Shown here piece after piece: positions 1 to 11,268 of a DNA stretch of 64,000 nucleotides (position 1 is the stretch's first letter; each line of letters opens with the position of its first letter). The position numbers and the translations under genes are program-made. This DNA is from an uncultured cyanobacterium. Its GTDB lineage: Bacteria; Cyanobacteriota; Cyanobacteriia; Cyanobacteriales; Cyanobacteriaceae. The DNA lies in the NCBI GenBank assembly GCA_963749915.1, contig CAVVOP010000017.1:32001-96000 (forward strand), read 5' to 3'. Under the pieces are notes generated by a model. That model saw only the letters and a list, made by a program, of their open reading frames with translations. It ran no database searches and was not told the DNA's origin.

Positions 1-324
1 TTCAGGATTCCAACGCTCAATATGTAGAAGTTTTTTAGCTTCTTCGTTACATTCTGTTAAACAATTTTCTTTGTTTATTCTTAAATAACCAATAGGAATT
101 TCTTTGATTAAGTAATGATGAAGATCCAGCTCTAATTGGCTATGATAAAAACAATTATTAAGCAAGTTAACCTTACGCCTAACTTGAGCTATTTTTGAGA
201 AAGAACTGACGGGTCCAAATTGCGATAACGAATCTAAAATATCGGTTAATTGAATGCTAATTTGATAATCTTTCCAAAGACAAATAATTAAGCCAACGGC
301 TAAACCACCCAAAAAATAGAACAT
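1..324 (-). CDS. sphS: Phosphate-sensing histidine kinase SphS/PhoR, N-terminal part (runs off the left edge; not in the ORF track)
   Basis: Manual translation from ATG 324: MFYFLGGLAVGLIICLWK...IKEIPIGYLRINKENCLTECNEEAKKLLHIERW. Hydrophobic N-terminus plus start of a PAS-like segment, directly downstream of the PhoB-type regulator. Confidence 0.75.
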   Translation of the reverse strand, partial: MFYFLGGLAVGLIICLWKDYQISIQLTDILDSLSQFGPVSSFSKIAQVRRKVNLLNNCFYHSQLELDLHHYLIKEIPIGYLRINKENCLTECNEEAKKLLHIERWNPE

Positions 325-438
325 TCATAAAAAACTTGACGGCTAGTCTAAATAAGCAATTAACTATAAATAAATAATCTTGATTCTTGACCAACAACAG
401 CAAAAACGATAATTGTCAACTAATTGTCAATGGTCAAT

Positions 439-1194
439 TTAACCAAATCTGTAGCCAAATCCCCGGACGGTGGTTAAATACTCAGGATTACTGGGGTCTT
501 TCTCTAATTTTTCCCGTAACCAACGAATATGCACATCAACGGTCTTCGTATCTCCCATAAAATCCGCACCCCAAATATTTTCGATTAATTGTTCTCTATT
601 CCATACCCTTTTAGGATAAGTCATAAATAGTTCCAACAAACGAAATTCTTTTGGTGAAAGATTAACTTCTTCTCCTCTTACAATAACTCTACATTCCTCT
701 AACAACAGAGTAATATCCTTAAATTGATGTACTGAATGTGAGGTTATACTATTTAAAGAATTGCGGCGTAATAAAGCACGACAACGAGCAATTAATTCCT
801 TCATACTAAAGGGTTTCGTTAAATAATCGTCGGCACCAACTTCCAACCCTAAAACTCGATCGGTTTCGGTGGCTTTGGCACTTAAAATTAAGACGGGAAT
901 CGTATTACCACGATAACGAAGTAAACGACAAATATCCAGACCGTTAACCTCCGGTAACATTAAGTCTAAGATAATCATCTCCATATTATCATTGCCTGAG
1001 CCTCGCAAGTACTCACCCTCAAGGATATTTAGTGCTTCTCTGCCGTTATTGCTTTTAATCACCTCGTATCCCTCTTCTTCGAGATTCAAGGCAATCATGT
1101 TCCTTATCAATTCTTCATCTTCCACCAACAGAATACGACCGGATGACTGTATTCTTTCACGGGCGGCAACACTGGGTAAGTCCAGGGACAACAT
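439..1194 (-). CDS. sphR: OmpR/PhoB-family response regulator SphR
   Basis: REC domain (LVEDE, ILDLMLP, KPF) plus winged helix (TKTVDVHIRWLREKLE...TVRGFGYRFG); co-oriented with the sensor kinase. Confidence 0.8.
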   Translation of the reverse strand: MLSLDLPSVAARERIQSSGRILLVEDEELIRNMIALNLEEEGYEVIKSNNGREALNILEGEYLRGSGNDNMEMIILDLMLPEVNGLDICRLLRYRGNTIPVLILSAKATETDRVLGLEVGADDYLTKPFSMKELIARCRALLRRNSLNSITSHSVHQFKDITLLLEECRVIVRGEEVNLSPKEFRLLELFMTYPKRVWNREQLIENIWGADFMGDTKTVDVHIRWLREKLEKDPSNPEYLTTVRGFGYRFG

Positions 1195-1359
1195 AAAAAT
1201 TTCTCTACATTTTTTTCCTACTTACATATATAACAGAAAGATCCAAAATGAACAATAGACAATTTTTATACTAGACCTCTCGCAAAAATAGATTTCTCGG
1301 TTAGGTAATTTTGGATCTCCTGGTCGGCATTCCCTCTCTTGGTGGACGTTCCCTTGAAA

Positions 1360-3018
1360 TTACTTATTGCTTAAAAATTTCGGTGCAGCAGCTAAAAGAC
1401 TTTGTGTATAAGGATGTTGAGGGTTATTAAACACTGTCTCGGTGTCTCCCAATTCCACGATTTTACCCTGATTCATGACAGCAATGCGATCACATAAAAA
1501 TCTAGCTACGGATAAATCATGGGTAATAAATAAATAAGTTAGCTTAAATTCGGCTTTTAGTTCTAAAATCAAATCTAACACTTGTGCTTGTATCGTTGCA
1601 TCTAACATACTTACAGGTTCATCACAAATCACCAGCTTCGGGTTAGTGATCAATGCCCTTGCGATCGCAACTCTTTGTTGTTGTCCCCCTGAAAGTTCCT
1701 TCGGGTAACGATTGTAGTACTCTTGGGGGTTTAATCCCACTCGATTTAACATTGCTTCCACCCGTTGCTGATTTTCTTGATTATTGCCTAATTTATGGAT
1801 TAATAAAGGCTCAATTATTGACTCTCCTATGGTCATCACGGGGTTAAGACAAGCGTGAGGATCTTGGAATATCATCTGTATTTCCTTGCGTAAACCTCTA
1901 ATTTCTCTTTCGGGTAAACTGGTTAAATCTTGATTATCAAAATTAACTTGACCACTGGTCGCTCTAATTAGTTGTAAAATTGTGCGAGATAGGGTACTTT
2001 TTCCACAACCAGATTCTCCTACTAATCCTAAAATTTCCCCTGGCCATATTTGTAGGTTAAGATCATCCACAGCTTTAATAGTTTGAGATTTTTTGCCTAA
2101 AATTTGCTCAATAAAATTCGTTTCTAGAGTATAGTATTGTTTCAGGTTTTTCAATTCCAACAACGGGGTTTCCTTTTCTTTTTTATCCGTTACTTCTTCA
2201 TTAACTAATTCCCAGGGTCGATGTAGGTGGAACGCCGCCGCTAACAACGATTTCGTATATTCGTGATTCGGTGATAACATTACTTGTTCCACTTTTCCTA
2301 TTTCTACCATCTTACCTTGATACATTACCCCGATGCGATCGCAATATTTTCCCACCATGGCTAAATCGTGGGAAATTAACAATAAAGCCATATCACGATA
2401 TCGACACAAAGAAGTTAACTCCTCTAAAATTTCTGAAGCAATGGTAACATCAAGGCTGGTGGTTGGTTCATCGGCTACAATTAATTTCGGTTCCAATAAT
2501 AAGGCCAGTGCGATGGCCACCCGTTGACGCATACCCCCACTAAATTCATGGGGATACTGGTTAAACCTATCCGGGGAAATTCTGACTGTAGCCAGAGTCA
2601 ATAAGGCTTTTTCCTTGGCTTCCTTCTGGGATAACTGGGGTTGATGTGCTTTCAAAGTTTCAATACAATGGTCCCCAATGGTCATTAAAGGATCTAATCT
2701 GGTCATGGGATCTTGAAATATTAAAGCAACCGCCTCCCCTCTAAATTTACGCAAGGCTTGATGATTATAGGCAAAAATCGCCTCTTGCTTAAAATTTGCC
2801 GAACCCTCAACGTAGGCTTTTTCGGGCAATAATCGTACTACAGCTCGTCCTAATGTGGATTTTCCACAACCAGATTCCCCCACTAAACCTAAAATTTCTC
2901 CATAATTCAAGTCAAAAGAAACATCATTAATAGCCCAAGTAATGCAGTCATCACCGTTATTAGTAGCACCATAAGCAACTCGAAGATTAATGATTTCTAA
3001 TAGAGGTGAGTTCATCAT
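1360..3018 (-). CDS. Peptide/nickel ABC transporter, duplicated ATPase domains (DppD/F fusion)
   Basis: Two Walker A motifs GESGCGKS, signatures FSGGMRQR and LSGGQQQR, two DEP Walker B motifs, HPYT oligopeptide C-terminal motif. Confidence 0.9.
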   Translation of the reverse strand: MMNSPLLEIINLRVAYGATNNGDDCITWAINDVSFDLNYGEILGLVGESGCGKSTLGRAVVRLLPEKAYVEGSANFKQEAIFAYNHQALRKFRGEAVALIFQDPMTRLDPLMTIGDHCIETLKAHQPQLSQKEAKEKALLTLATVRISPDRFNQYPHEFSGGMRQRVAIALALLLEPKLIVADEPTTSLDVTIASEILEELTSLCRYRDMALLLISHDLAMVGKYCDRIGVMYQGKMVEIGKVEQVMLSPNHEYTKSLLAAAFHLHRPWELVNEEVTDKKEKETPLLELKNLKQYYTLETNFIEQILGKKSQTIKAVDDLNLQIWPGEILGLVGESGCGKSTLSRTILQLIRATSGQVNFDNQDLTSLPEREIRGLRKEIQMIFQDPHACLNPVMTIGESIIEPLLIHKLGNNQENQQRVEAMLNRVGLNPQEYYNRYPKELSGGQQQRVAIARALITNPKLVICDEPVSMLDATIQAQVLDLILELKAEFKLTYLFITHDLSVARFLCDRIAVMNQGKIVELGDTETVFNNPQHPYTQSLLAAAPKFLSNK

Positions 3019-3075
3019 GGATAATGTGGGAAAGGGGAGATATTAACTATTAATTATCAATTATCAGTTCTTTAA

Positions 3076-4074
<999 letters not shown>

Positions 4075-4185
4075 TCACCTCAATATAAAATTTTAAATTT
4101 AATGAGCAATCTTATATCGTACCTTAAAATTATTAATATATGATAATTAAAAGAAATTTTTCCGTTATCTCAGAATGTAAGTATT

Positions 4186-5325
4186 ATGATCGTTATCGGG
4201 TTGATGAGTGGGACTTCTGTGGATGGAATTGATACTGCTGTGGTTGACATTCAAGGCAAAGGATTAGGCTTAAAAGTTAACCTGTTGAGAGGACAAACTT
4301 TTCCTTATTCTCCCTCTTTACGCAGGAAAATTCTTCAAGTTTGTGAGGGGGATTCTCTTTCCATGGCGACACTTGCCCAATTAGATCATGAGATCGCCTC
4401 TGAATTCGCCCAAGGGGCTTTAAATATCATCCCTGAAAATATCAAAGTAGATTTAATTGGTTCCCATGGTCAAACAGTATATCATCAACCACCCCACAAA
4501 CACCAGTTAGGCTATAGCTTACAGTTAGGTAGGGGAGATGCCATCGCCCATTTAACAGGCATCAATACCGTGAGTAATTTTAGGGCGGCAGATATTGCCC
4601 TTGGGGGACAGGGTGCACCTTTGGTGTCTAAAATTGATTTATGTTTATACCATCATCCCCGTCACAGTCGTTGTTTACAAAATATCGGTGGTATCGGTAA
4701 CGCTACTTATGTACCTTCAACTCATAGATCAGAATGGCAAGAAAAAGTTATTGGTTGGGATACAGGACCTGGTAATGCTTTAATAGATTTGGCAGTGCAA
4801 GAATTAACCAATAATCAACAGACTTTTGACTTTAACGGTGATTGGAGTCGTCGGGGTAAGCCATGTCAACCTTTAATTAAACAATGGTTAAAAGAAGACT
4901 TTTTTCACCAAAAACCGCCAAAATCCACAGGTAGGGAATTATTTGGTCATATTTACTTGGAAAAGTGTCGTCAATCTGCGCAAAAGTATCATTTAAGTGA
5001 CGCTGATTGGTTAGCGACCTTGACGGAACTAACTGTTGCTTCTATTGCCGACAGTTATCATCGTTTTTTACCTTTTTTGCCCCATGAGGTTATTTTAGCA
5101 GGAGGAGGTAGTCGTAACAGTTACCTAAAAGAGCGTTTACAAAGTTATCTCCCTAATAGTTATTTACTCACCAGTGATGATTTAGGTATCAGTAGCGAAT
5201 TTAAAGAAGCCATGGCCTTTGCTATTTTAGCCTATTGGCATGTTAATAATTATGAAGGAAATTTACCCAATGTTACAGGAGCGAAAAAAGAAGTTGTTTT
5301 AGGGCAAATGTATCAAGCAATTTAA
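4186..5325 (+). CDS. anmK: Anhydro-N-acetylmuramic acid kinase
   Basis: GLMSGTSVDGID, GSHGQT, GGQGAPL, NIGGIGN, DTGPGN, KEAMAFA. Confidence 0.96.
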   Translation: MIVIGLMSGTSVDGIDTAVVDIQGKGLGLKVNLLRGQTFPYSPSLRRKILQVCEGDSLSMATLAQLDHEIASEFAQGALNIIPENIKVDLIGSHGQTVYHQPPHKHQLGYSLQLGRGDAIAHLTGINTVSNFRAADIALGGQGAPLVSKIDLCLYHHPRHSRCLQNIGGIGNATYVPSTHRSEWQEKVIGWDTGPGNALIDLAVQELTNNQQTFDFNGDWSRRGKPCQPLIKQWLKEDFFHQKPPKSTGRELFGHIYLEKCRQSAQKYHLSDADWLATLTELTVASIADSYHRFLPFLPHEVILAGGGSRNSYLKERLQSYLPNSYLLTSDDLGISSEFKEAMAFAILAYWHVNNYEGNLPNVTGAKKEVVLGQMYQAI

Positions 5326-5404
5326 ACAATTAAAAATTTGCTCGAGCAATCAACATCCCCCCGTAAACAAAATTGTTCTCAATAAACAACATTGATTTAA
5401 ATTA

Positions 5405-5433
5405 ATTGTCCATTGTCCATTGTCCATTATCAA
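5405..5433. repeat. Heptamer short tandem repeat (ATTGTCC x3), STRR-like
   Basis: aattgtccattgtccattgtccattatcaat. Related degenerate heptamer runs lie at about 410-440, 24705-24760, 40805-40840 and 40934-40955. Confidence 0.7.
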
Positions 5434-6242
5434 TGGCGAATCATCTGGAATTTTGAGTAGAATTAGTTGGAAATTTGATTTTTTTATGTGCTATGGTTAA
5501 TAGGACATAAACTATCAATAAATAAAGCAGAGCAAGAATTGGTATTAGCATAAATAAATCTCCATCAGTTGCAATTTTGGGGTCAGTTAATTAGGATTAT
5601 TTAGGTTAAATAAACACGAAACTCTTATATACTACAACCGTAAAAATCTAGTATAAATCAGAGTTAAATGTTTTTTGGAGATGTTTTAACAGGTGTTTTT
5701 ATCTTCTTGATTGATAGCAATAGATAAAATATCTGTCTATGATCTGGCAAATAAGGACGGGCACATCTTTTATCATTCACAAATCTTGATCAAGATGCAC
5801 TATTCTAATTTATTTCTGTCACCAACATTTCAGTTTTCAACATCACAGAAAAGTCATTACTTTCTGATTCAGTCAACTCTACACTGGGAATGGTCAGCTA
5901 CAAGATCAATATATATAACCGTCGCCCGTATCTATATGAGATTACTCTCTTAAAATATCTAAGGCTAAGTTCACCGAGGGTAACAATTGTAGTCTAGGAT
6001 TTTTTCGTTCTGAGATTTATTGTTACTCACATATATAAAATAACATAAATTGACATTTATGGGAAGGACAAAAAATTTTTTTTTTGATCGTTAATCCTGA
6101 TAAATCGGCATTTTTATTGTATATGAACTATAATTCAGAGAAAAAATCACCAATTCTGATCTCAGGAAGGGAAACCATAGCTTAAAATAATAATAAGATA
6201 TGTGAACTTTCGTAAACTATTTTTATAGATAACTACTCATCA

Positions 6243-7214
6243 ATGACAACTGCAATCTCTCTATTTGCCCCCGTAGAACAAGATTTATCACTACTAATTG
6301 ATAACTTAACCACTTTGGTAGAGGCACAGCATCCCATCTTAGGTGCGGCGGCAGAGCATTTATTTAGTGCTGGGGGGAAAAGAATTCGCCCGGCGATTGT
6401 TTTATTAGTTTCTCGTGCTACATTAGATGGTCAAGATTTGACTCCTAGACATCGGCGTTTAGCAGAAATTACGGAAATGATTCACACCGCCAGTCTTGTT
6501 CATGATGATGTAGTTGATGACGCGGAAGTAAGAAGACAAGTGCCAACAGTTAACACTCTTTTTGGCAATAGAATTGCCGTGTTAGCCGGGGATTTTTTGT
6601 TTGCACAATCTTCATGGTATTTGGCCAATTTAGATAATCTTCAAGTAGTTAAATTATTGTCGGAAGTTATTAGGGATTTTGCAGAGGGAGAAATTCAGCA
6701 AGGGTTAAGTTGTTTTGATACGGATGTAACCTTGGAAAAATATTTACAAAAAAGTTATTTCAAAACCGCTTCTTTGATCGCTAATAGTGGCAAAGCAGCA
6801 GCGGTTTTGAGTAATGCGGGGGAACAGGTGGCCAATAAAATTTATAGTTATGGGTGCAATCTTGGTTTAGCTTTTCAAATTGTCGATGATATATTCGATT
6901 TCACTGCTTCCGAGGAGGTATTAGGGAAACCTGTGGCTTCGGATTTAGCTAGTGGTAATCTTACTATACCTGTATTATTTGCCATGGAGCAAAAACCATT
7001 CTTAAAAATTTTGATTGAGAGAGAATTTAGTGAGGAAGGCGATTTAGAACAGGCGTTGGAATTGGTTAATAATAGTGATGGTATTGAAAAATCTAGGGGC
7101 TTGGCTTACTATTATAGCCAACTAGCATTACAAGATTTGGACTGTTTACCAAAATCTCCGGCTAGGGATTCTCTTGTGGAGTTAACAGATTATGTTTTAA
7201 GTCGGATAAAATAA
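6243..7214 (+). CDS. sds: Solanesyl diphosphate synthase
   Basis: GGKRIRP, first DDxxD (VHDDVVD), second DDxxD (VDDIFD), KTASL. Confidence 0.92.
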   Translation: MTTAISLFAPVEQDLSLLIDNLTTLVEAQHPILGAAAEHLFSAGGKRIRPAIVLLVSRATLDGQDLTPRHRRLAEITEMIHTASLVHDDVVDDAEVRRQVPTVNTLFGNRIAVLAGDFLFAQSSWYLANLDNLQVVKLLSEVIRDFAEGEIQQGLSCFDTDVTLEKYLQKSYFKTASLIANSGKAAAVLSNAGEQVANKIYSYGCNLGLAFQIVDDIFDFTASEEVLGKPVASDLASGNLTIPVLFAMEQKPFLKILIEREFSEEGDLEQALELVNNSDGIEKSRGLAYYYSQLALQDLDCLPKSPARDSLVELTDYVLSRIK

Positions 7215-7290
7215 CTCTCAATAAATAGTTTATGAATGCCCTTATGGTCTAGATCCCATAAATCTGCCGATACTGGGGCAATTAGTACTA

Positions 7291-7390
7291 CTGGTCTGCC
7301 AATTTTGAAATGAGGGATGAAACAATCTTCCAAAATCCAAAATCCAAAATTATCCGTTCCCAGTCCCTCAAAACTATCTTGACAGACCAA
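7291..7390 (-). mobile_element. MITE copy 1 (100 bp, 12-bp imperfect terminal inverted repeats, TA on both flanks)
   Basis: TA-CTGGTCTGCCAA...TTGACAGACCAA-TA; near-identical to the reverse complement of 14741-14833. Confidence 0.85.
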
Positions 7391-7463
7391 TACTCCTGTT
7401 TGTTATTTTGGTGATAAAATCAAATAACGAAGGGCGAAAACAGATTTCTCACTATTAACTATT

Positions 7464-7670
7464 ATGACTATTTGGGTTAACGAACAAAAAGATAGCTGTG
7501 GGATCATTCAGGCTTGTATTGCTACAACTAATCAGCAAGTGGCAGAAGATTGTCATACTAATTGGCAGGAAGAACTAACACCCCAGCAAAAAGAGCAAGG
7601 ATGGGAAGTTATAATTAAAACCGTTGCTGATTGGGATGATGTGCCTGTTAATGCCCTAAAACTTAATTAA
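7464..7670 (+). CDS. Small conserved cyanobacterial protein of unknown function (MTIWVNEQ...WDDVPVNALKL family)
   Basis: 68-aa ORF whose termini I recognise from a conserved cyanobacterial family. Confidence 0.7.
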   Translation: MTIWVNEQKDSCGIIQACIATTNQQVAEDCHTNWQEELTPQQKEQGWEVIIKTVADWDDVPVNALKLN

Positions 7671-7819
7671 CCTCGGTTTTGGATAAGCTAAAACTTCGAT
7701 TATTTGGTACTGAAGAATGATTATAGACACTAAAGCCTATTCCCTGTCTTCCTTGTCTTACCCCCAAATGGTTTGTGTAAAAGGGATATAATCAAAATTT
7801 AACTGCTAATTTGTAATTG

Positions 7820-8239
7820 TTACTGATTAGCAACTGCTTTGCTATATAGTTGTCGAATAGATCGAATAATTTGCTTGAAAGTAGAGTTTTTACCCTGGGA
7901 TTGGGGATCTAAATTTTGTAAACGGCTTAAAAGTTTCGCCTCTTGAATATCAACATCACCATCACTGTAAACTAAAGCACTAATAGCTTCTAATAGTTTT
8001 TGATAATCTTCCGTAGTCGGATTCTTGCCTAAATATTCTTCTAACCATTGATAACAATCAGAAGCATTAATGGGTTTTATTTCTGACAATAAAGATTTGA
8101 TTTCTGGATCCTCCTCAAGGTGGTTTTCTGTCACCATTTTTTTTAAATATTCTCTTTCTTGAGATTGAATAATACCATCAATCCATGCCGTGCCTGCCAA
8201 AATTTTAATTAACAATTTAGTTTTGATATCTCCCGTCAT
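7820..8239 (-). CDS. TerB-family (tellurite resistance-like) protein
   Basis: AWIDGIIQSQE and VYSDGDVDIQE, paired DGxxxxxE motifs. Confidence 0.8.
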   Translation of the reverse strand: MTGDIKTKLLIKILAGTAWIDGIIQSQEREYLKKMVTENHLEEDPEIKSLLSEIKPINASDCYQWLEEYLGKNPTTEDYQKLLEAISALVYSDGDVDIQEAKLLSRLQNLDPQSQGKNSTFKQIIRSIRQLYSKAVANQ

Positions 8240-8242
8240 AAG

Positions 8243-9583
8243 TTAATCTCCTTTAATTAATTTAGTCATAAAAAATCCGTCCATTTCATCCACCGGAGGA
8301 AATATTTTGATCATCCCCTTAGATGTTATCGAAAAATTCAAATCTGAATCATCATTTTTTATCTCTAATCGCCATAAAGGATTATTTTCTATAAATTTGG
8401 CGATAATGTTCTCATTTTCTTGTTTATTTAAGGTACAAGTAGAATAAACTAATATGCCACCATTTTTGACCCACTTTGCTGAATTCTCAAGGATCTTTAA
8501 CTGTAATTCCGTCAGTGGTTTCATATCTTCTGGTTTTTTGCGCCAACGAATATCAGGATTTTTATGTAATGTGCCTAAGCCTGAACAGGGTACGTCTACT
8601 AACACTTTATCAGCTTTATTTTCCCACAATTTTAACTCGCTACTATCACCCTCCACCACTTGAATAGATTTTAACTTCAATCTTTCGGCATTTTCCGTTA
8701 CTTTTTTTAACCTTGAGAAGTAACGATCGCACCCAATAATTAAACCAGTATCTTGCATTAACTCCGCAATATGGGTCGTTTTACCCCCTGGTGCCGCACA
8801 AGCATCTATGATGGTATCAGTAGGTTGGGGATTAAGAAAATGAGTGACAAGTTGAGCACTAGCATCTTGAATGGTAAATAAACCCTCTTTAAAACAATCC
8901 AATTTAGTGATATTTCCCGCCGAACTAGTTAACCTTAAACCATAAGGAAGGTGTGGCAAACAAGTTGTTTCAATGCCATGATTAAGTAGAGTTTGTTGTA
9001 AATTTTCCCTCGTAGTTTGTAGGGAATTAATCCTTAAATCAGTACTAGGGGTTTGATTATACCAATTTAATAATTTTTTGGTCTGTTTAACGTTAAATTG
9101 TTCTACAAAAAGGGAGACTAACCAATCAGGAAAACTATATTTGACCCCAAGATGGGGAATAAAATCCGAAGGTAAAATTAAAGGGTCATTTTCTGCTGAT
9201 AGTCTAATATAGGATCGTAAAATACCATTAACGACCCCCGAAAGTTTAGACAAACCATTATTTTTGGCTAAGTCCACGCTAGTGTTAACCGCCGCCGACT
9301 CGGGAATTTTATCAAGATAACGTAATTGATATAACCCCAATTGCAGAATGATACGCAAGTTTAACGGTTGTGCAGAAGCCTTTTTTGTAGCCAATTGATT
9401 GATGAGACTATCAAGAGTTCGTTTTCGTCTGACTATACCGTACACTAATTCTGACACTAAATTGCCATGGAAGGGAGAAGTAGAAGCTGAAGAAAAAACC
9501 CTAGCCAACGCAATGTCAGTGTAAGCCTGACGTTGGTAGATATTTTGTAAAGCCTGAAAAGCTAATTGACGGGGATTATTCAT
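8243..9583 (-). CDS. rsmB: 16S rRNA m5C967 methyltransferase RsmB/Sun
   Basis: NusB-like N-terminus, DACAAPGGKTTH, DVPCSGLG, YSTCT. Confidence 0.95.
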   Translation of the reverse strand: MNNPRQLAFQALQNIYQRQAYTDIALARVFSSASTSPFHGNLVSELVYGIVRRKRTLDSLINQLATKKASAQPLNLRIILQLGLYQLRYLDKIPESAAVNTSVDLAKNNGLSKLSGVVNGILRSYIRLSAENDPLILPSDFIPHLGVKYSFPDWLVSLFVEQFNVKQTKKLLNWYNQTPSTDLRINSLQTTRENLQQTLLNHGIETTCLPHLPYGLRLTSSAGNITKLDCFKEGLFTIQDASAQLVTHFLNPQPTDTIIDACAAPGGKTTHIAELMQDTGLIIGCDRYFSRLKKVTENAERLKLKSIQVVEGDSSELKLWENKADKVLVDVPCSGLGTLHKNPDIRWRKKPEDMKPLTELQLKILENSAKWVKNGGILVYSTCTLNKQENENIIAKFIENNPLWRLEIKNDDSDLNFSITSKGMIKIFPPVDEMDGFFMTKLIKGD

Positions 9584-9603
9584 TATAAAATCTATTTACA
9601 ACG

Positions 9604-9668
9604 CCCTTAAATCCCCCCCGATTATGGGCTTTTTTTCCCTCAAAAGTAGGGGTCGGGGGGCAAAAAAA
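9604..9668. repeat. GC-rich palindromic dispersed repeat or terminator between ndhH and rsmB
   Basis: cccttaaatcccccccgattatggg...ccctcaaaagtaggggtcggggggc: C-runs and G-runs able to pair, followed by an A-run. Confidence 0.5.
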
Positions 9669-9672
9669 TTAC

Positions 9673-10857
9673 TTATCGATCGACAGAGCCCATGATCACA
9701 TCAATACTACCGAGAATTGCCATAATATCAGCAACCTTTACACCCTTGAGTAAGTGGGGAAGAATCTGTAAATTATTGAAATCAGGGGCACGAATTTTCC
9801 AACGCCAAGGGAAAACATCATCATTACCAACAATAAAAATCCCTAACTCGCCCTTACCACTCTCAAGACGCACATAATGTTCTCCTACTGGTATTTTAAA
9901 AGTAGGGGCAACTTTTTTGGCAATGTATTGATAATCAAAATCATTCCACTGGGATTTTTTCCCCTCTTGAAGTCTTTTTGCCTCCAAATTTTCATAAGGT
10001 CCACCGGGTAACCCTTCTAAAGCCTGACGAATAATTTTCACCGATTCGCGCATTTCGCGGATACGGACAATATAACGGGAAAAACAATCTCCTGCCGTTT
10101 CCCATTGCACATCCCAGTCAAAATCATCATAACATTCATAATGATCGACTTTGCGCAAATCCCATTTTACCCCAGAGGCACGCAACATGGGTCCGGATAA
10201 ACCCCAGTTAATAGCCTGTTGACGGGTAATAGTACCAAGTCCTTCAACTCGTTTACGGAAAATGGGATTATTAGTGATTAGCTTCTCATACTCGTCAACT
10301 TTGGGTAAGAAATAATCGCAAAAATCTTGACACTTATCAACCCAACCGTAAGGCAGATCTACAGCCAAGCCACCGATACGGAAATAGTTGTTATTAATTA
10401 AACGCATCCCCGTGGCTGATTCCCACAGATCATAAATCATCTCTCTTTCACGGAAGATATAGAAAAAGGGAGTTTGTGCACCTACATCCGCCAAAAAAGG
10501 ACCAAGCCATAGTAAATGATTAGCGATGCGATTCAACTCTAACATAATTGCCCGAATATATTGTGCTCGTTTCGGCACTGGTATATCCGCCAACTTCTCG
10601 GGTGCATTAACTGTAATGGCCTCGTTGAACATCCCTGCGGCATAATCCCAACGACTAACATAAGGTACATACATTATATTAGTGCGATTTTCGGCGATTT
10701 TTTCCATGCCACGATGTAAATAACCAATGACTGGCTCACAATCCACTACGTCTTCACCATCAAGGGTGACAATTAACCTCAAAACCCCGTGCATAGAGGG
10801 ATGGTGAGGTCCCATGTTCAGTACCATGGGTTCTGTTCTCGTTTCGATTTTAGCCAT
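9673..10857 (-). CDS. ndhH: NDH-1 subunit H
   Basis: [25 protein letters not shown]-terminal GSVDR. Confidence 0.98.
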   Translation of the reverse strand: MAKIETRTEPMVLNMGPHHPSMHGVLRLIVTLDGEDVVDCEPVIGYLHRGMEKIAENRTNIMYVPYVSRWDYAAGMFNEAITVNAPEKLADIPVPKRAQYIRAIMLELNRIANHLLWLGPFLADVGAQTPFFYIFREREMIYDLWESATGMRLINNNYFRIGGLAVDLPYGWVDKCQDFCDYFLPKVDEYEKLITNNPIFRKRVEGLGTITRQQAINWGLSGPMLRASGVKWDLRKVDHYECYDDFDWDVQWETAGDCFSRYIVRIREMRESVKIIRQALEGLPGGPYENLEAKRLQEGKKSQWNDFDYQYIAKKVAPTFKIPVGEHYVRLESGKGELGIFIVGNDDVFPWRWKIRAPDFNNLQILPHLLKGVKVADIMAILGSIDVIMGSVDR

Positions 10858-11060
10858 AAAGCTGATAATTTAATGGTTAAATTAATATTCCTTGAGAGAG
10901 TATTACCTTGTTAATGTCTTGTACACCAAAAGGTCTATAAATCTATGATAGGATTTTTAAGTAACAATTTGTTTACTTTTCTTAAACTATCACATATCAT
11001 TTAATTTTAAGTTAGAATCAGATACTTAATCTTTATAAAAATAATAAGCATTTATACTCA

Positions 11061-11216
11061 ATGAAAACCCAAGTTAAAAATAACAACTATAATTTAGAAC
11101 AGTTACAAAAAGCTTATCAAGCGGATCAACAACTTAAATATATGAGTTTAGAGACAGAATTAGAACTTCTTTTGCATCAAATTCAGATAGGGAAAACAGT
11201 GAATAATGAACGATGA
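11061..11216 (+). CDS. Small 51-aa protein upstream of pdxJ (below the ORF-track cutoff)
   Basis: ATG 11061 to TGA 11216: MKTQVKNNNYNLEQLQKAYQADQQLKYMSLETELELLLHQIQIGKTVNNER; amphipathic, coiled-coil-like pattern. Confidence 0.65.
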   Translation: MKTQVKNNNYNLEQLQKAYQADQQLKYMSLETELELLLHQIQIGKTVNNER

Positions 11217-11268
11217 ACAATTAGTTATCTAAGTTTAGGGATTAATTCAAAAGAAAGGAGAAGATAAA

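Noticed and set aside
5405..5433. Tandem repeats as a possible CRISPR array
   Set aside because: Units are 7 bp with no spacers and no cas genes; no CRISPR array seen anywhere in the window.
5711..5953. 80-aa TTG-start ORF
   Set aside because: No Shine-Dalgarno, no recognisable motif, atypical composition; kept only as part of the unexplained gap.
7190..7390. 66-aa ORF, and the related 68-aa ORF at 14760-14966
   Set aside because: Both begin within the MITE copies and are by-products of the repeat; no transposase motifs.
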